64,000 bases of DNA from contig OZ024744.1 in NCBI GenBank assembly GCA_964016885.1, positions 115,816,001 to 115,880,000 on the forward strand, written 5' to 3'. Origin of the DNA: Eledone cirrhosa. Lineage: Eukaryota. Made by a program: the position numbers and the translations under genes. The notes under the pieces were generated by a model that was not told the DNA's origin, made no database searches, and saw nothing but the letters and a program-made list of their open reading frames with translations. Of the stretch, positions 38,690 through 52,124 are shown piece by piece. Position 1 is the stretch's first letter. Each line of letters starts with the position of its first letter.

Positions 38690-40445
38690 TGGAGGTTTTA
38701 AAGGATGCAGTCTCTCGACAGCTAATAACTGATGCAGGTAGTTTGTTCCATGGAGGTTTTAAAGGATGCAGTGTCTCGACAGCTAACAACTGATACAGGT
38801 AGTTTGTTCCATGGAGGTTTTAAAGGATGCAGTGTCTCGACAGCTAACAACTGATGCAGGTAGTCTGTTCCATGGAGGTTTTAAAGGATGCAGTGTCTCG
38901 ACAGCTAACAACTGATGCAGGTAGTCTGTTCCATGGAGGTTTTAAAGGATGCAGTGTCTCGACAGCTAACAACTGATGCAGGTAGTCTGTTCCATGGAGG
39001 TTTTAAAGGATGCAGTGTCTCGACAGCTAACAACTGATGCAGGTAGTCTGTTCCATGGAGGTTTTAAAGGATGCAGTGTCTTGACAGCTAACATCTGATG
39101 CAGGTAGTCTGTTCCATGGAGGTTTTAAAGGATGCAGTGTCTTGACAGCTAACAACTGATGCAGGTAGTCTGTTCCATGGAGGTTTTAAAGGATGCAGTG
39201 TCTCGACAGCTAACAACTGATGCAGGTAGTCTGTTCCATGGAGGTTTTAAAGGATGCAGTGTCTCGACAGCTAACAACTGATGCAGGTAGTCTGTTCCAT
39301 GGAGGTTTTAAAGGATGCAGTGTCTTGACAGCTAACATCTGATGCAGGTAGTCTGTTCCATGGAGGTTTTAAAGGATGCAGTGTCTTGACAGCTAACAAC
39401 TGATACAGGTAGTCTGTTCCATGGAGGTTTTAAAGGATGCAGTGTCTTGACAGCTAACAACTGATGCAGGTAGTCTGTTCCATGGAGGTTTTAAAGGATG
39501 CAGTGTCTTGACAGCTAACATCTGATGCAGGTAGTCTGTTCCATGGAGCTTTTAAAAGATGCAGTGTCTCGACAGCTAACAACTGATGCAGGTAGTCTGT
39601 TCCATGGAGCTTTTAAAAGATGCAGTGTCTCGACAGCTAACAACTGATGCAGGTAGTCTGTTCCATGGAGCTTTTAAAAGATGCAGTGTCTCGACAGCTA
39701 ACAACTGATGCAGGTAGTTTGTTCTATGGAGGTTTTAAAGGATGCAGTGTCTTGACAGCTAATAACTGATACAGGTAGTTTGTTCCATGGAGGTTTTAAA
39801 GGATGCAGTGTCTTGACAGCTAATAACTGATGCAGGTAGTCTGTTCCATGGAGGTTTTAAAGGATGCAGTGTCTTGACAGCTAACAACTGATACAGGTAG
39901 TTTGTTCTATGGAGGTTTTAAAGGATGCAGTATCTCGACAGCTAACAACTGATACAGGTAGTCTGTTCCATGGAGGTTTTAAAGGATGCAGCGTCTCGAC
40001 AGCTAACAACTGATACAGGTAGTCTGTTCCATGGAGGTTTTAAAGGATGCAGTGTCTCGACAGCTAATAACTGATACAGGTAGTTTGTTCTATGGAGGTT
40101 TTAAAGGATGCAGTGTCTTGACAGCTAATAACTGATGCAGGTAGTCTGTTCCATGGAGGTTTTAAAGGATGCAGTGTCTTGACAGCTAACAACTGATACA
40201 GGTAGTTTGTTCTATGGAGGTTTTAAAGGATGCAGTGTCTCGACAGCTAACAACTGATACAGGTAGTCTGTTCCATGGAGGTTTTAAAGGATGCAGTGTC
40301 CCGACAGCTGACAACTGATGTAGGTAGTTTGTTCCATGGAGGTTTTAAAGGATGCAGTGTCCCGACAGCTGACAACTGATGTAGGTAGTTTGTTCCATGC
40401 TTCAGCAACTCTGAGTGTGAAAAAATGTTTTCGAAAGTCATGAGA
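38690..40445 (-). repeat. 61-bp satellite (~28 units) from the CR1 3' coding end, with single-copy CR1 flank at 40400-40445
   Basis: Minus-strand unit encodes WNKLPASVVSCRDTASFKT, as in CR1 at ~19415-19478. Confidence 0.96.
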
Positions 40446-40804
40446 TTGACATGTCGACCAAGCTTAATTTTTGTAATCGGTTGTAAATAAAACTTGTAAA
40501 ATATTATAAAGTCTTGTAATATTTTTCTACAAAGCCTACAACTACTTTTTCTAACATTCATCTTTAATACTAACATACCTTTAATTCAACAGACATTCAC
40601 TTTAATACAAACATTCTTTTACTTCAACCAACATTCACTTTATGACCAACTTTGCCTCCCTCACTTAACAAACCTTACATTTCTCACTATAACAAATAAC
40701 AACAATAACTTTATATTCTTAATATTATGCCAACATGGCATAATATTATTTTTCTGTTAAAGTTGTATATATTATAAACTTTAGGTGTATATAATATATA
40801 CTAT

Positions 40805-40893
40805 CATTTTGCCTTTCATCCTTACGGGGTCGATAAAATAAAGTACCAGTAATGCACTGGGCAATTGCTGGCCTTGTGCCTAAAGTAGAAATA
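40805..40893 (+). mobile_element. SINE 3' fragment
   Basis: TTTGCCTTTCATCC..GGGTCGATAAAATAAAGTACCAGT..GGCCTTGTGCCTA; same family as 48990-49176. Confidence 0.85.
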
Positions 40894-40894
40894 A

Positions 40895-41046
40895 TTATCA
40901 TCATTGTTTAACACCTATTTTCCATCCTAGCATGGGTTAGATGGTTTGTCCCATTTAGAGGCAGGTTAGGTCAGGTGACCATATCTTGCTCATACAGAAA
41001 TGTTTCTGGCTATGTTTCTACAGTTGGATTCCCTTCCTAATGCCAA
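40895..41046 (-). mobile_element. RTE-family 3' tail abutting the 48-bp array
   Basis: TTTTCCATCCTAGCATGGGTTAGATGG..TTTCTACAGTTGGATTCCCTTCCTAATGCCAA matches the reverse complement of local RTE tails. Confidence 0.85.
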
Positions 41047-44000
41047 CCACTTTACAGTGTGTACTGGGTACTTTTTGTTGTGACACCTACATGACCACTT
41101 TACAGTGTGTACTGGGTACTTTTTGTTGTGACACCTACATGACCACTTTACAGTGTGTACTGGGTACTTTTTGTTGTGACACCTACATGACCACTTTACA
41201 GTGTGTACTGGGTACTTTTTGTTGTGACACCTACATGACCACTTTACAGTGTGTACTGGGTACTTTTTGTCGTGACACCTACATGACCACTTTACAGTGT
41301 GTACTGGGTACTTTTTGTCATGACACCTACATGACCACTTTACAGTGTGTACTGGGTACTTTTTGTTGTGACACCTACATGACCACTTTACAGTGTGTAC
41401 TGGGTACTTTTTGTTGTCACACCTACATGACCACTTTACAGTGTGTACTGGGTACTTTTTGTCATGACTCCTACATGACCACTTTACAGTGTGTACTGGG
41501 TACTTTTTGTTGTGACACCTATATGACCACTTTACAGTGTGTACTGGGTACTTTTTGTCATGACATCTACATGACCACTTTACAGTGTGTACTGGGTACT
41601 TTTTGTCATGAGACCTACATGACCACTTTACAGTGTGTACTGGGTACTTTTTGTTGTGACACCTACATGACCACTTTACAGTGTGTACTGGATACTTTTT
41701 GTCATGACACCTACATGACCACTTTACAGTGTGGACTGGGTACTTTTTGTCATGACACCTACATGACCACTTTACAGTGTGTACTGGGTACTTTTTGTTG
41801 TGACACCTACATGTCCACTTTACAGTGTGTACTGAGTAGTTTTTGCCGTGACACCTACATGACCACTTTACAGTGTGTACTGGGTACTTTTTGTCATGAC
41901 ATCTATATGACCACTTTACAGTGTGTACTGGGTACTTTTTGTCATGACATCTACATGACCACTTTACAGTGTGTACTGGGTATTTTTTGTCATGACACCT
42001 ACATGACCACTTTACAGTGTGTACTGGGTACTTTTTGTTGTGACACCTACATGACCACTTTACAGTGTGTACTGGGTACTTTTTGTCATGACACCTACAT
42101 GACCACTTTACAGTGTGGACTGGGTACTTTTTGTCATGACATCTACATGACCACTTTACAGTGTGTACTGGGTACTTTTTGTCATGACACCTACATGACC
42201 ACTTTACAGTGTGCACTGGGTACTTTTTGTCATGACATCTACATGACCACTTTACAGTGTGACTAGGTACTTTTTGTCATGACATCTACATGACCACTTT
42301 ACAGTGTGTACTGGGTACTTTTTGTCATGACACCTACATGACCACTTTACAGTGTGTACTGGGTATTTTTTGTCATGACACCTACATGACCACTTTACAG
42401 TGTGCACTGGGTACTTTTGTTATGACACCTACATGACCACTTTACAGTGTGTACTGGGTACTTTTTGTCATGACATCTACATGACCACTTTACAGTGTGT
42501 ACTGGGTACTTTTTGTTGTGACACCTACATGACCACTTTACAGTGTGTACTGGGTACTTTTTGTGAGACACCTACATGACCACTTTACAGTGTGGACTGG
42601 GTACTTTTTGTCATGACATCTACATGACCACTTTACAGTGTGTACTGGGTACTTTTTGTTGTGACACCTACATGACCACTTTACAGTGTGTACTGGGTAC
42701 TTTTTGTTGTGACACCTACATGACCACTTTACAGTGTGTACTGGGTACTTTTTGTTGTGTCACCTATATGACCACTTTACAGTGTGTACTGGGTAATTTT
42801 TGTTGTGACACCTACATGACCACTTTACAGTGTGTACTGGGTACTTTTTGTTGTGACACCTACATGACCACTTTACAGTGTGTACTGGGTACTTTTTGTT
42901 GTGACACCTACATGACCACTTTACAGTGTGTTCTGGGTACTTTTTGTTGTGACACCCACATGACCACTTTACCGTGTGCACTGGGTAATTTTTTGTTGTG
43001 ACACCTACATGACCACTTTACAGTGTGTACTGGGTACTTTTTGTTGTGACACCTACATGACCACTTTACAGTGTGTACTGGGTACTTTTTGTCGTGACAC
43101 CTACATGACCACTTTACAGTGTGTACTGGGTACTTTTTGTCGTGACACCTACATGACCACTTTACCGTGTGTACTGGGTAATTTTTGTTGTGAAACCTAC
43201 ATGACCACTTTACCGTGTGTACTGGGTAATTTTTGTCGTGACACCTTCATGACCACTTTACAGTGTGTACTGGGTACTTTTTGTTGTGACACCTACATGA
43301 CCACTTTACAGTGTGTACTGGGTACTTTTTGTCATGACACCTACATGACCACTTTACAGTGTGTACTGGGTACTTTTTGTCATGACATCTACATGACCAC
43401 TTTACAGTGTGTACTGGGTACTTTTTGTCATGACACCTACATGACCACTTTACAGTGTGCACTGGGTACTTTTTGTCATGACATCTACATGACCACTTTA
43501 CAGTGTGACTAGGTACTTTTTGTCATGACATCTACATGACCACTTTACAGTGTGTACTGGGTACTTTTTGTCATGACACCTACATGACCACTTTACAGTG
43601 TGTACTGGGTATTTTTTGTCATGACACCTATATGACCACTTTACAGTGTGCACTGGGTACTTTTTGTCATGACATCTACATGACCACTTTACAGTGTGAC
43701 TAGGTACTTTTTGTCATGACATCTACATGACCACTTTACAGTGTGTACTGGGTACTTTTTGTCATGACACCTACATGACCACTTTACAGTGTGTACTGGG
43801 TATTTTTTGTCATGACACCTACATGACCACTTTACAGTGTGCACTGGGTACTTTTGTTATGACACCTACATGACCACTTTACAGTGTGTACTGGGTACTT
43901 TTTGTCATGACATCTACATGACCACTTTACAGTGTGTACTGGGTACTTTTTGTTGTGACACCTACATGACCACTTTACAGTGTGTACTGGGTACTTTTTG

Positions 44001-44974
44001 TGAGACACCTACATGACCACTTTACAGTGTGTACTGGGTACTTTTTGTCATGACATCTACATGACCACTTTACAGTGTGTACTGGGTACTTTTTGTCGTG
44101 ACATCTACATGACCACTTTACCGTGTGTACTGGGTAATTTTTGTTGTGACACCTACATGACCACTTTACCGTGTGTACTGGGTAATTTTTGTCGTGACAC
44201 CTTCATGACCACTTTACAGTGTGTACTGGGTACTTTTTGTTGTGAGACCTACATGACTACTTTACAGTGTGTACTGGGTACTTTTTGTTGTGACACCTAC
44301 ATGACCACTTTACCGTGTGTACTGGGTAATTTTTGTTGTGACACCTACATGACCACTTTACCGTGTGTACTGGGTAATTTTTGTCGTGACACCTTCATGA
44401 CCACTTTACAGTGTGTACTGGGTACTTTTTGTTGTGACACCTACATGACTACTTTACAGTGTGTACTGGGTACTTTTTGTTGTGACACCTACATGACCAC
44501 TTTACAGTGTGTACTGGGTACTTTTTGTTGTGACACCCACATGACCACTTTACAGTGTGTACTGGGTACTTTTTGTCGTGACACCTACATGACCACTTTA
44601 CAGTGTGTACTGGGTACTTTTTGTCGTGACATCTACATGACCACTTTACAGTGTGTACTGGGTACTTTTTGTCGTGACACCTACATGACCACTTTACAGT
44701 GTGTACTGGGTACTTTTTGTCGTGACACCTACATGACCACTTTACAGTGTGTACTGGGTACTTTTTGTCGTGACATCTACATGACCACTTTACAGTGTGT
44801 ACTGGGTACCTTTTGATGTGACATCTACATGACCACTTTACAGTGTGTACTGGGTACTTTTTGTTGTGACACCTACATGACCACTTTACAGTGTGTACTG
44901 GGTACTTTTTGTTGTGACACCTACATGACCAATTTACAGTGTATACTGGGTACTTTTTGTTGTGACACCTACAT
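41047..44974 (-). repeat. 48-bp satellite (~82 units) from the RTE 3'UTR
   Basis: CCACTTTACAGTGTGTACTGGGTACTTTTTGTTGTGACACCTACATGA; homologous to 20270-20375 and 35875-35935 on the opposite strand. Confidence 0.96.
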
Positions 44975-45140
44975 AAAACATACAAATCAACACATTCAAC
45001 AACATCCATACCATACAGACATACATATATACCTAGTTGATGTTGTGTAAATTCCAATTAGAGAGTCTTGTAACTATGTTAGAAACTGACTCTCTCTCTA
45101 TTGGTAAAAAAATTTATGAAATTATAATATACATACATAT

Positions 45141-48100
45141 ATGATGATGATGGCTGCCCCTTCGTTATCGAGTATGGCCATTGCAAGAAAAAAAAAAAAA
45201 AAATTTTTTTATATATATATACATATATATATACATATATATATATATACATACACATACACATACATATATATTAATAACAATAATAATAATAATAACA
45301 ACAATAATAATAACGACAACAACAACAATAATAATATACATATATATATACACAAACACGCACACACATAAACATATCTATACACACACACACACACGAT
45401 AGCAACTAACAGCGCTGTGATCGAATGTGGCTTTTTAGCCCAGCCAATGATCTAAAATGTCTTGCACAGAGTCGGCAACCAAAACATTCACTGGGAATAG
45501 CTGGCTGTGGTTGGAGTTCATGTACTTTTGCATGTCGCTTGAGCCCTCCTGCTGATTTACATTCTCTACCACATGTTTGGCAAGCATGATGAGTAGCATC
45601 TCCAACAGCAGCCTGGTAGTCAATCACTGGTCTCAGTTTATGACTGCGAAGATGACTTTCGAGTCCAGCTTTGCTTAGGCAGAGTCTCGCACAGACGCTG
45701 CATGTCAGCACCATAGGAGGACCCTCGCCGTCTGGAAGTGCAACAGCAATGCCCTTCCTCACATCCCGCTTTACTTTCTCGTATGCGATTCGAGATGCCT
45801 CAAAGGCAACTTTCCCTCATATACAGTCTTTCTCCATTTATTACGATCAGCAGCAATATTCTCCCATGTATCAACAGAGATGTTAGCATCTTTCAAAGAG
45901 GCTTTCAAGGAATCCTTATACCTCTTTTTTGGTTTATGTGGCGGTTGTTTTCCTTTAACTAACTCTCCATAAAAGAGTTGTTTTGGTATTCTAGAATCCT
46001 TCATCCTGGCAAGGTGACCACTCCAACGGAGTCGTTGCTTAAGCACAAGAGCTTCTATACTGTCACACATAGAGCTTTCCAAAATCTCGACATCACTGAT
46101 GTGGTCCCTCCAGTGAACGCCGTGGATCCGTCTGAGACACATCTGATGGAAACGCTCCAATTGCTTAAGGTGGCGTCGATATGTGACCCAGGTCTCGCAG
46201 GCATAAAGAAGACAAGAGAGTACACATGCCCTGTACACCTTTACCTTTGTCCTCCTGCATATGTCTCGCCGACCCCAGAGTTGCCTTTCTAGCTTTCCGA
46301 AAGCATCACTTGCTTTCCTAATCCTAAGTGAGATTTCACTGTCAAGGTTGCCGTATCGATTGACAGTGCTTCCCAGGTAGACAAACTGATCAACCACTCC
46401 AAGTCGTTTGCCATACACATAGATGTTTGGTTCAGTGTACTGCTTACCAGGGGCAGGTTGGTACATGACGACGGTTTTCTTGAGACTGACAGTCAATCCT
46501 AGGGCAGTGCAAGCATCAGAAAATGCATTCAAAATGTGCTGCATATCACTCTCTGTGTTCGCTATAAGATCGCAATCATCTGCATACAAGAGGTCTCTTA
46601 TGACTGATGTAAATACTTTTGTCTTCGCAGCAAAGCTCCTGATGTTAAATATGCTGCCTAAGGTCCGATATCGGATGTAAACACCATGCTCGCAATTTCT
46701 GAATGCAATATAGAAAACCATTGCAAAGTATATGGCAAACAGGGTCGGTGCTGGAATATCCACCTGTTTCACTCCATTTTTTACTGAGATAGGCTCCAAC
46801 ATGTTACCTCCGACATTAGCCCAAGCCTTCATGTTGTCATGGAAAGACCTAACCAAAGCAAGGAACTTATCAGGGCAACCAAGTTTCTGGAGAACCTTCC
46901 ATAATGCATTTCTGTTAACAGTATTGAAAGCTTTTGTCAGATCGACAAAAACCTGATACAGATCCAAACCTTGTTCCATGCACTTCTCCTGGAGCTGTCT
47001 AGCTGAGAAGATCATGTCAATAGTGACACGTCCAGCACGAAAACCAGATTGACTTTCAGGAAGAACACAATCTGCAATGTGTGTCAGCAGACGGTCCAGA
47101 AGCACCCTACATAAAACTTTCCCTACGACAGAAAGCAATGGCATACCTCTGTAGTTCCCACAATCATTCCTGTTACCGTTTCCCTTGTACAAGACCACCA
47201 TTACTGCATCTCTCTAGTTCTCAGGTACGGATTCATTAGCCCATATCCTGCCAAACAAAGAGTGAAGATGTTGCAGGAGTCTCTCACCATATTGTAGGAG
47301 CTCAGCATGTATGCCATCCATACCTGGAGACCTTCCACTGTTCAGCTTCGAGATAGCCACTGCAACCTCCACAAGCATCGTAGGTTCTGCGAGAGCTACT
47401 TTCACAGGACTTTCTGGAATGAGATTGAGGAAATCTTTATTGACGACATACGGCTGATTCAAAAGATCATCAAAGTGCTCTCGCCACCTTCATAGAATTC
47501 CTTGCGAGTCACGAAGAAGTTCTCTGCTATCCCTGCTGCGAAGCGGTGTCACCAGAGAAGAAGACGGCCCATAAACTTCACGCAAGAGACTGTACAACAG
47601 CTTTGTGTTGTTGGAATCTGACGCAGTTTGTATCTCACCAGCCTTCTCACTCCACCACTGATCCTTCATCTGAGAAAGACTCCGCCTAACACGTGATTTC
47701 AAATCCTTGAGTTCCTCATGCAATGTATTCCTCTCCTGTGGTTTTGCCGTCAATTAGCGTGACAGTGCACGCCTCTTATCAGCCAACAAGTCTTCTATAT
47801 GTACATCATTCTCATTAAACCAGTCCTGATGTTTTCTCTGCACCAATCCCAGAACACGCCTGCCTACATCATAAACCGACTTTTTAAGGGTCGGCCAATC
47901 CTCACCAAGATCTGCATCTCTTCTTGCAATGTTTCTCTTCACATTTTTATCCTTAAGACGAGCAGCATTCAATCTTTTGGGCAGGGCAACACCAGGAGCC
48001 TGGATTTTACGTTTAGTGATTAGTTTCACTTTTGCGCATACCAGGCGGTGGTCCGTACAGCACTCAGCTCTATGAAGAGCACGAACACACTGCACATCCT

Positions 48101-48860
48101 GTCTGTCACGCATCCTGACTAGGACGTAGTCCAAAAGATGCCATTCCTTAGATGCAGGATGCATCCATGTGGTCTTGAATTTGTTCTTTTGTTGGAACAT
48201 GGTGTTGGTACCACACAGATCCAGCTCCTCACACATCTGCAGCAGGAGCATACCATTGTTGTTACACTTTCCTACCCCATTATTACATTCCATGTGTTAA
48301 AATCCCTACCCACTCTAGCATTAAAGTCACCAAGCACGATGACTTTGTCTGCCTGAGGGATATTTCTTAAAATACCTTTCAAGGCATGGTAAAAGGACAC
48401 TTTTTCTTCATCGACAGAATTCATAGTTGGAGCATACACATTAACCAGGGTTGCATATCTTCCTTTGTCCAGCGGAATTCTCATGGACATAAGACGCTCA
48501 CTAATCCCTACTGGGAATTCTTCTAATTTATTCACAAGTACAGTCTTAACAGCAAATCCTACCCCAGCCTCTCTTCTGGTTCCTTCATCTCTTCCTTTCC
48601 AGAAGAATGTATATTCTCCACACAATTCTGTAAGATGACCATCTCCAACTAACCTCGTCTCAGATAAAGCCACGATGTCAAGATCGTAACGTCGAAGCTC
48701 CTTTGCAACAAGAGCGGTCCTTCGTTCAGGATGCTCCATGGAATCCCTGTCAAGCAGTGTCCGTACGTTCCAGCAGCCAAGAGTAAATGCCTTGTTTGGC
48801 TCTATTACAATGGCACGATGACGAGCGGGCCCAGGCTGTGATAACCTGGGGCCCCTGCCC
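45141..48860 (-). mobile_element. Near-full-length RTE (BovB/RTE-1-like) LINE, decayed, with three C2H2 zinc fingers at the C-terminus
   Basis: WNVRTL, ALSETR, YAPT, GDFNARVG, TDH, NYRG, ESQSGFR, LLYADD, FVYLGS, RWSGH; tail CTCGATAACGAAGGGGCAGC(CAT)n; microsatellite block 45187-45400 in the 3'UTR. Confidence 0.95.
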
Positions 48861-48989
48861 TTATTGCCAATTATCTTTTTTGTTCCAGAACCTAAATTGC
48901 CAATTATCTCTTTTATATTGTTCTGGAACATCATTGAATTGGGAAAAAAAAGAAAAAAAAGTAATAATAATAGTAACAATAATAATAAT

Positions 48990-49176
48990 TGTTTCTACGT
49001 TAGGCACAAGGCCAGCAATTACCCAGTACATTACTGGTACTTTATTTTATCGACCCTGTAAGGATGAAAGGCAAAGTTAACCTCGGCAGGATTTGAACTC
49101 AGAATGGCAAGGGCCGTAACTCTATACGTCAAAGCATGGCGTCCGACCCTCTCCCAATACTGCCAATCCACCGCCC
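48990..49176 (-). mobile_element. tRNA-derived SINE, full length
   Basis: Minus strand GGCGGTGGATTGGCAG (A-box-like) .. GAGTTCAAATCC (B box) .. CTTTGCCTTTCATCC; inserted in (AAT)n. Confidence 0.88.
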
Positions 49177-49188
49177 TACAATAGTAAC

Positions 49189-49258
<70 letters not shown>

Positions 49259-49526
49259 TTTTCTTTATTAACCACAAGGGTTCACATAAAGTGACGAATA
49301 TTTTTAAAGTGAGGAAAGACTGTGCACTGAACCAATCCCATTCTCTGAGTGACAGTAGCTATAACCCGAAAAGAAGAAAAGATCAACATCATCGGTAACT
49401 ACTGAGCCGTAGGTTTTATGTCGGAGTTAACCCAGTTTCCTGAGATGCCTTCTCCTAGAAGAATACCCTGACAAGGGCTAGGGGTTCTTCACTCCCAGTG
49501 GTTTAACTGCGCGATCGAGCATCCAT

Positions 49527-49725
49527 ATGTATGTATATATGTATATACATACATATATACATACATATATACATACATATATACATACATATACATACAT
49601 ACATATATACATATATAGATATATACACACATATATACATACATATATACATACATATATACATAGATACATATATACATATACACACATATATACATAC
49701 ATATATGCATACATAAATACACATA
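49527..49725. repeat. (TACA/TA)n microsatellite
   Basis: Direct inspection. Confidence 0.9.
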
Positions 49726-49809
49726 GATTAACTCTAAATTATAATAAAAGACACTACCTGTGGTTGTCAAATCATTTTGAGAATAATCAAGATTTCACAT
49801 TTTTAAGCT

Positions 49810-51680
49810 GGTGTTTGGAACATAACTTAACAAAAGTTCTTACATAAAATTATGATGGAAGGTTTTTAGATAAATATAAACACTTTAACATAAAGAGTTT
49901 TGTATGATAGAACTGGGGGTGTTTGGAACATAACTTAACAAAAGTTCTTACATAAAATTATGATGGAAGGTTTTTAGATAAATATAAACACTTTAACATA
50001 AACAGTTTTGTATGATAGAACTGGGGGTGTTTGGAACATAACTTAACAAAAGTTCTTACATAAAATTATGATGGAAGGTTTTTAGATAAATATAAACACT
50101 TTAACATAAACAGTTTTGTATGATAGAACTGGGGGTGTTTGGAACATAACTTAACAAAAGTTCTTACATAAAATTATGTTGGAAGGTTTTTAGATAAATA
50201 TAAACACTTTAACATAAACAGTTTTGTATGATAGAACTGGGGTGTTTGGAACATAACTTAACAAAAGTTCTTACATAAAATTATGATGGAAGGTTTTTAG
50301 ATAAATATAAACACTTTAACATAAATAGTTTTGTATGATAGAACTGGGGGTGTTTGGAACATAACTTAACAAAAGTTCTTACATAAAATTATGATGGAAG
50401 GTTTTTAGATAAATATAAACACTTTAACATAAACAGTTTTGTATGATAGAACTGGGGGTGTTTGGAACATAACTTAACAAAAGTTCTTACATAAAATTAT
50501 GATGGAAGGTTTTTAGATAAATATAAACACTTTAACATAAACAGTTTTGTATGATAGAACTGGGGGTGTTTGGAACATAACTTAACAAAAGTTCTTACAT
50601 AAAATTATGTTGGAAGGTTTTTAGATAAATATAAACACTTTAACATAAACAGTTTTGTATGATAGAACTGGGGGTGTTTGGAACATAACTTAACAAAAGT
50701 TCTTACATAAAATTATGATGGAAGGTTTTTAGATAAATATAAACACTTTAACATAAATAGTTTTGTATGATAGAACTGGGGGTGTTTGGAACATAACTTA
50801 ACAAAAGTTCTTACATAAAATTATGATGGAAGGTTTTTAGATAAATATAAACACTTTAACATAAACAGTTTTGTATGATAGAACTGGGGGTGTTTGGAAC
50901 ATAACTTAACAAAAGTTCTTACATAAAATTATGATGGAAGGTTTTTAGATAAATATAAACACTTTAACATAAACAGTTTTGTATGATAGAACTGGGGGTG
51001 TTTGGAACATAACTTAACAAAAGTTCTTACATAAAATTATGATGGAAGGTTTTTAGATAAATATAAACACTTTAACATAAATAGTTTTGTATGATAGAAC
51101 TGGGGGTGTTTGGAACATAACTTAACAAAAGTTCTTACATAAAATTATGATGGAAGGTTTTTAGATAAATATAAACACTTTAGCATAAATAGTTTTGTAT
51201 GATAGAACTGGGGGTGTTTGGAACATAACTTAACAAAAGTTCTTACATAAAATTATGATGGAAGGTTTTTAGATAAATATAAACACTTTAGCATAAATAG
51301 TTTTGTATGATAGAACTGGGGGTGTTTGGAACATAACTTAACAAAAGTTCTTACATAAAATTATGATGGAAGGTTTTTAGATAAATATAAACACTTTAAC
51401 ATAAATAGTTTTGTATGATAGAACTGGGGGTGTTTGGAACATAACTTAACAAAAGTTCTTACATAAAATTATGATGGAAGGTTTTTAGATAAATATAAAC
51501 ACTTTAACATAAATAGTTTTGTATGATAGAACTGGGGGTGTTTGGAACATAACTTAACAAAAGTTCTTACATAAAATTATGATGGAAGGTTTTTAGATAA
51601 ATATAAACACTTTAGCATAAATAGTTTTGTATGATAGAACCAGGGGGGTTCGGAACATAACTTAACAAAGGTTCTTAAGC
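49810..51680. repeat. 108-bp AT-rich satellite, ~17 highly homogeneous units
   Basis: GTTTGGAACATAACTT at 49813, 49921, 50029 etc. Confidence 0.97.
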
Positions 51681-52124
51681 ATATTCCCACACTCTCACTC
51701 CCACACCCACCCAGAAACAAACATACGCCCCCCCCCCCCCCCGCAAAAAAAAATACAACAACACCACGGCCACACACTCACACCCACAACCAAACCCACC
51801 ACAACCCCACACACTGTCACACCCCCAGGCCGCCACACACTATCACACCCCATACCCTACATCCCCACACACCCCAACAATCACCCACACTCTATCCTCC
51901 CCACACTCACCTACACTTTATCTCATGCTCTAATGCACTCACATCTTAATTACTAAATTGTCATAAGTTCCACTAATTAGATAACATACTGTATCAACTA
52001 TCAGAAGACATGCTTTATTTTTCCTGGTTCCTTCATCACTTTCTTAGCCGTAACCACTCAACGAGAAAATAAATGTTGTGAGTTAGGCTGTCTTCTGCTA
52101 TTGAGAAATACTTACTGATGGACA

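Noticed and set aside
40986-44816. Cys-rich metallothionein- or keratin-like ORFs
   Set aside because: The unit derives from an RTE 3'UTR, and the array contains frameshifting deletions
45406-45762. Host C2H2 transcription factor exon
   Set aside because: It lies between the RTE RT and the RTE tail on the same strand and lacks TGEKP linkers
33774-51680. CRISPR-like arrays
   Set aside because: Head-to-tail units with no unique spacers, no cas genes, eukaryotic context
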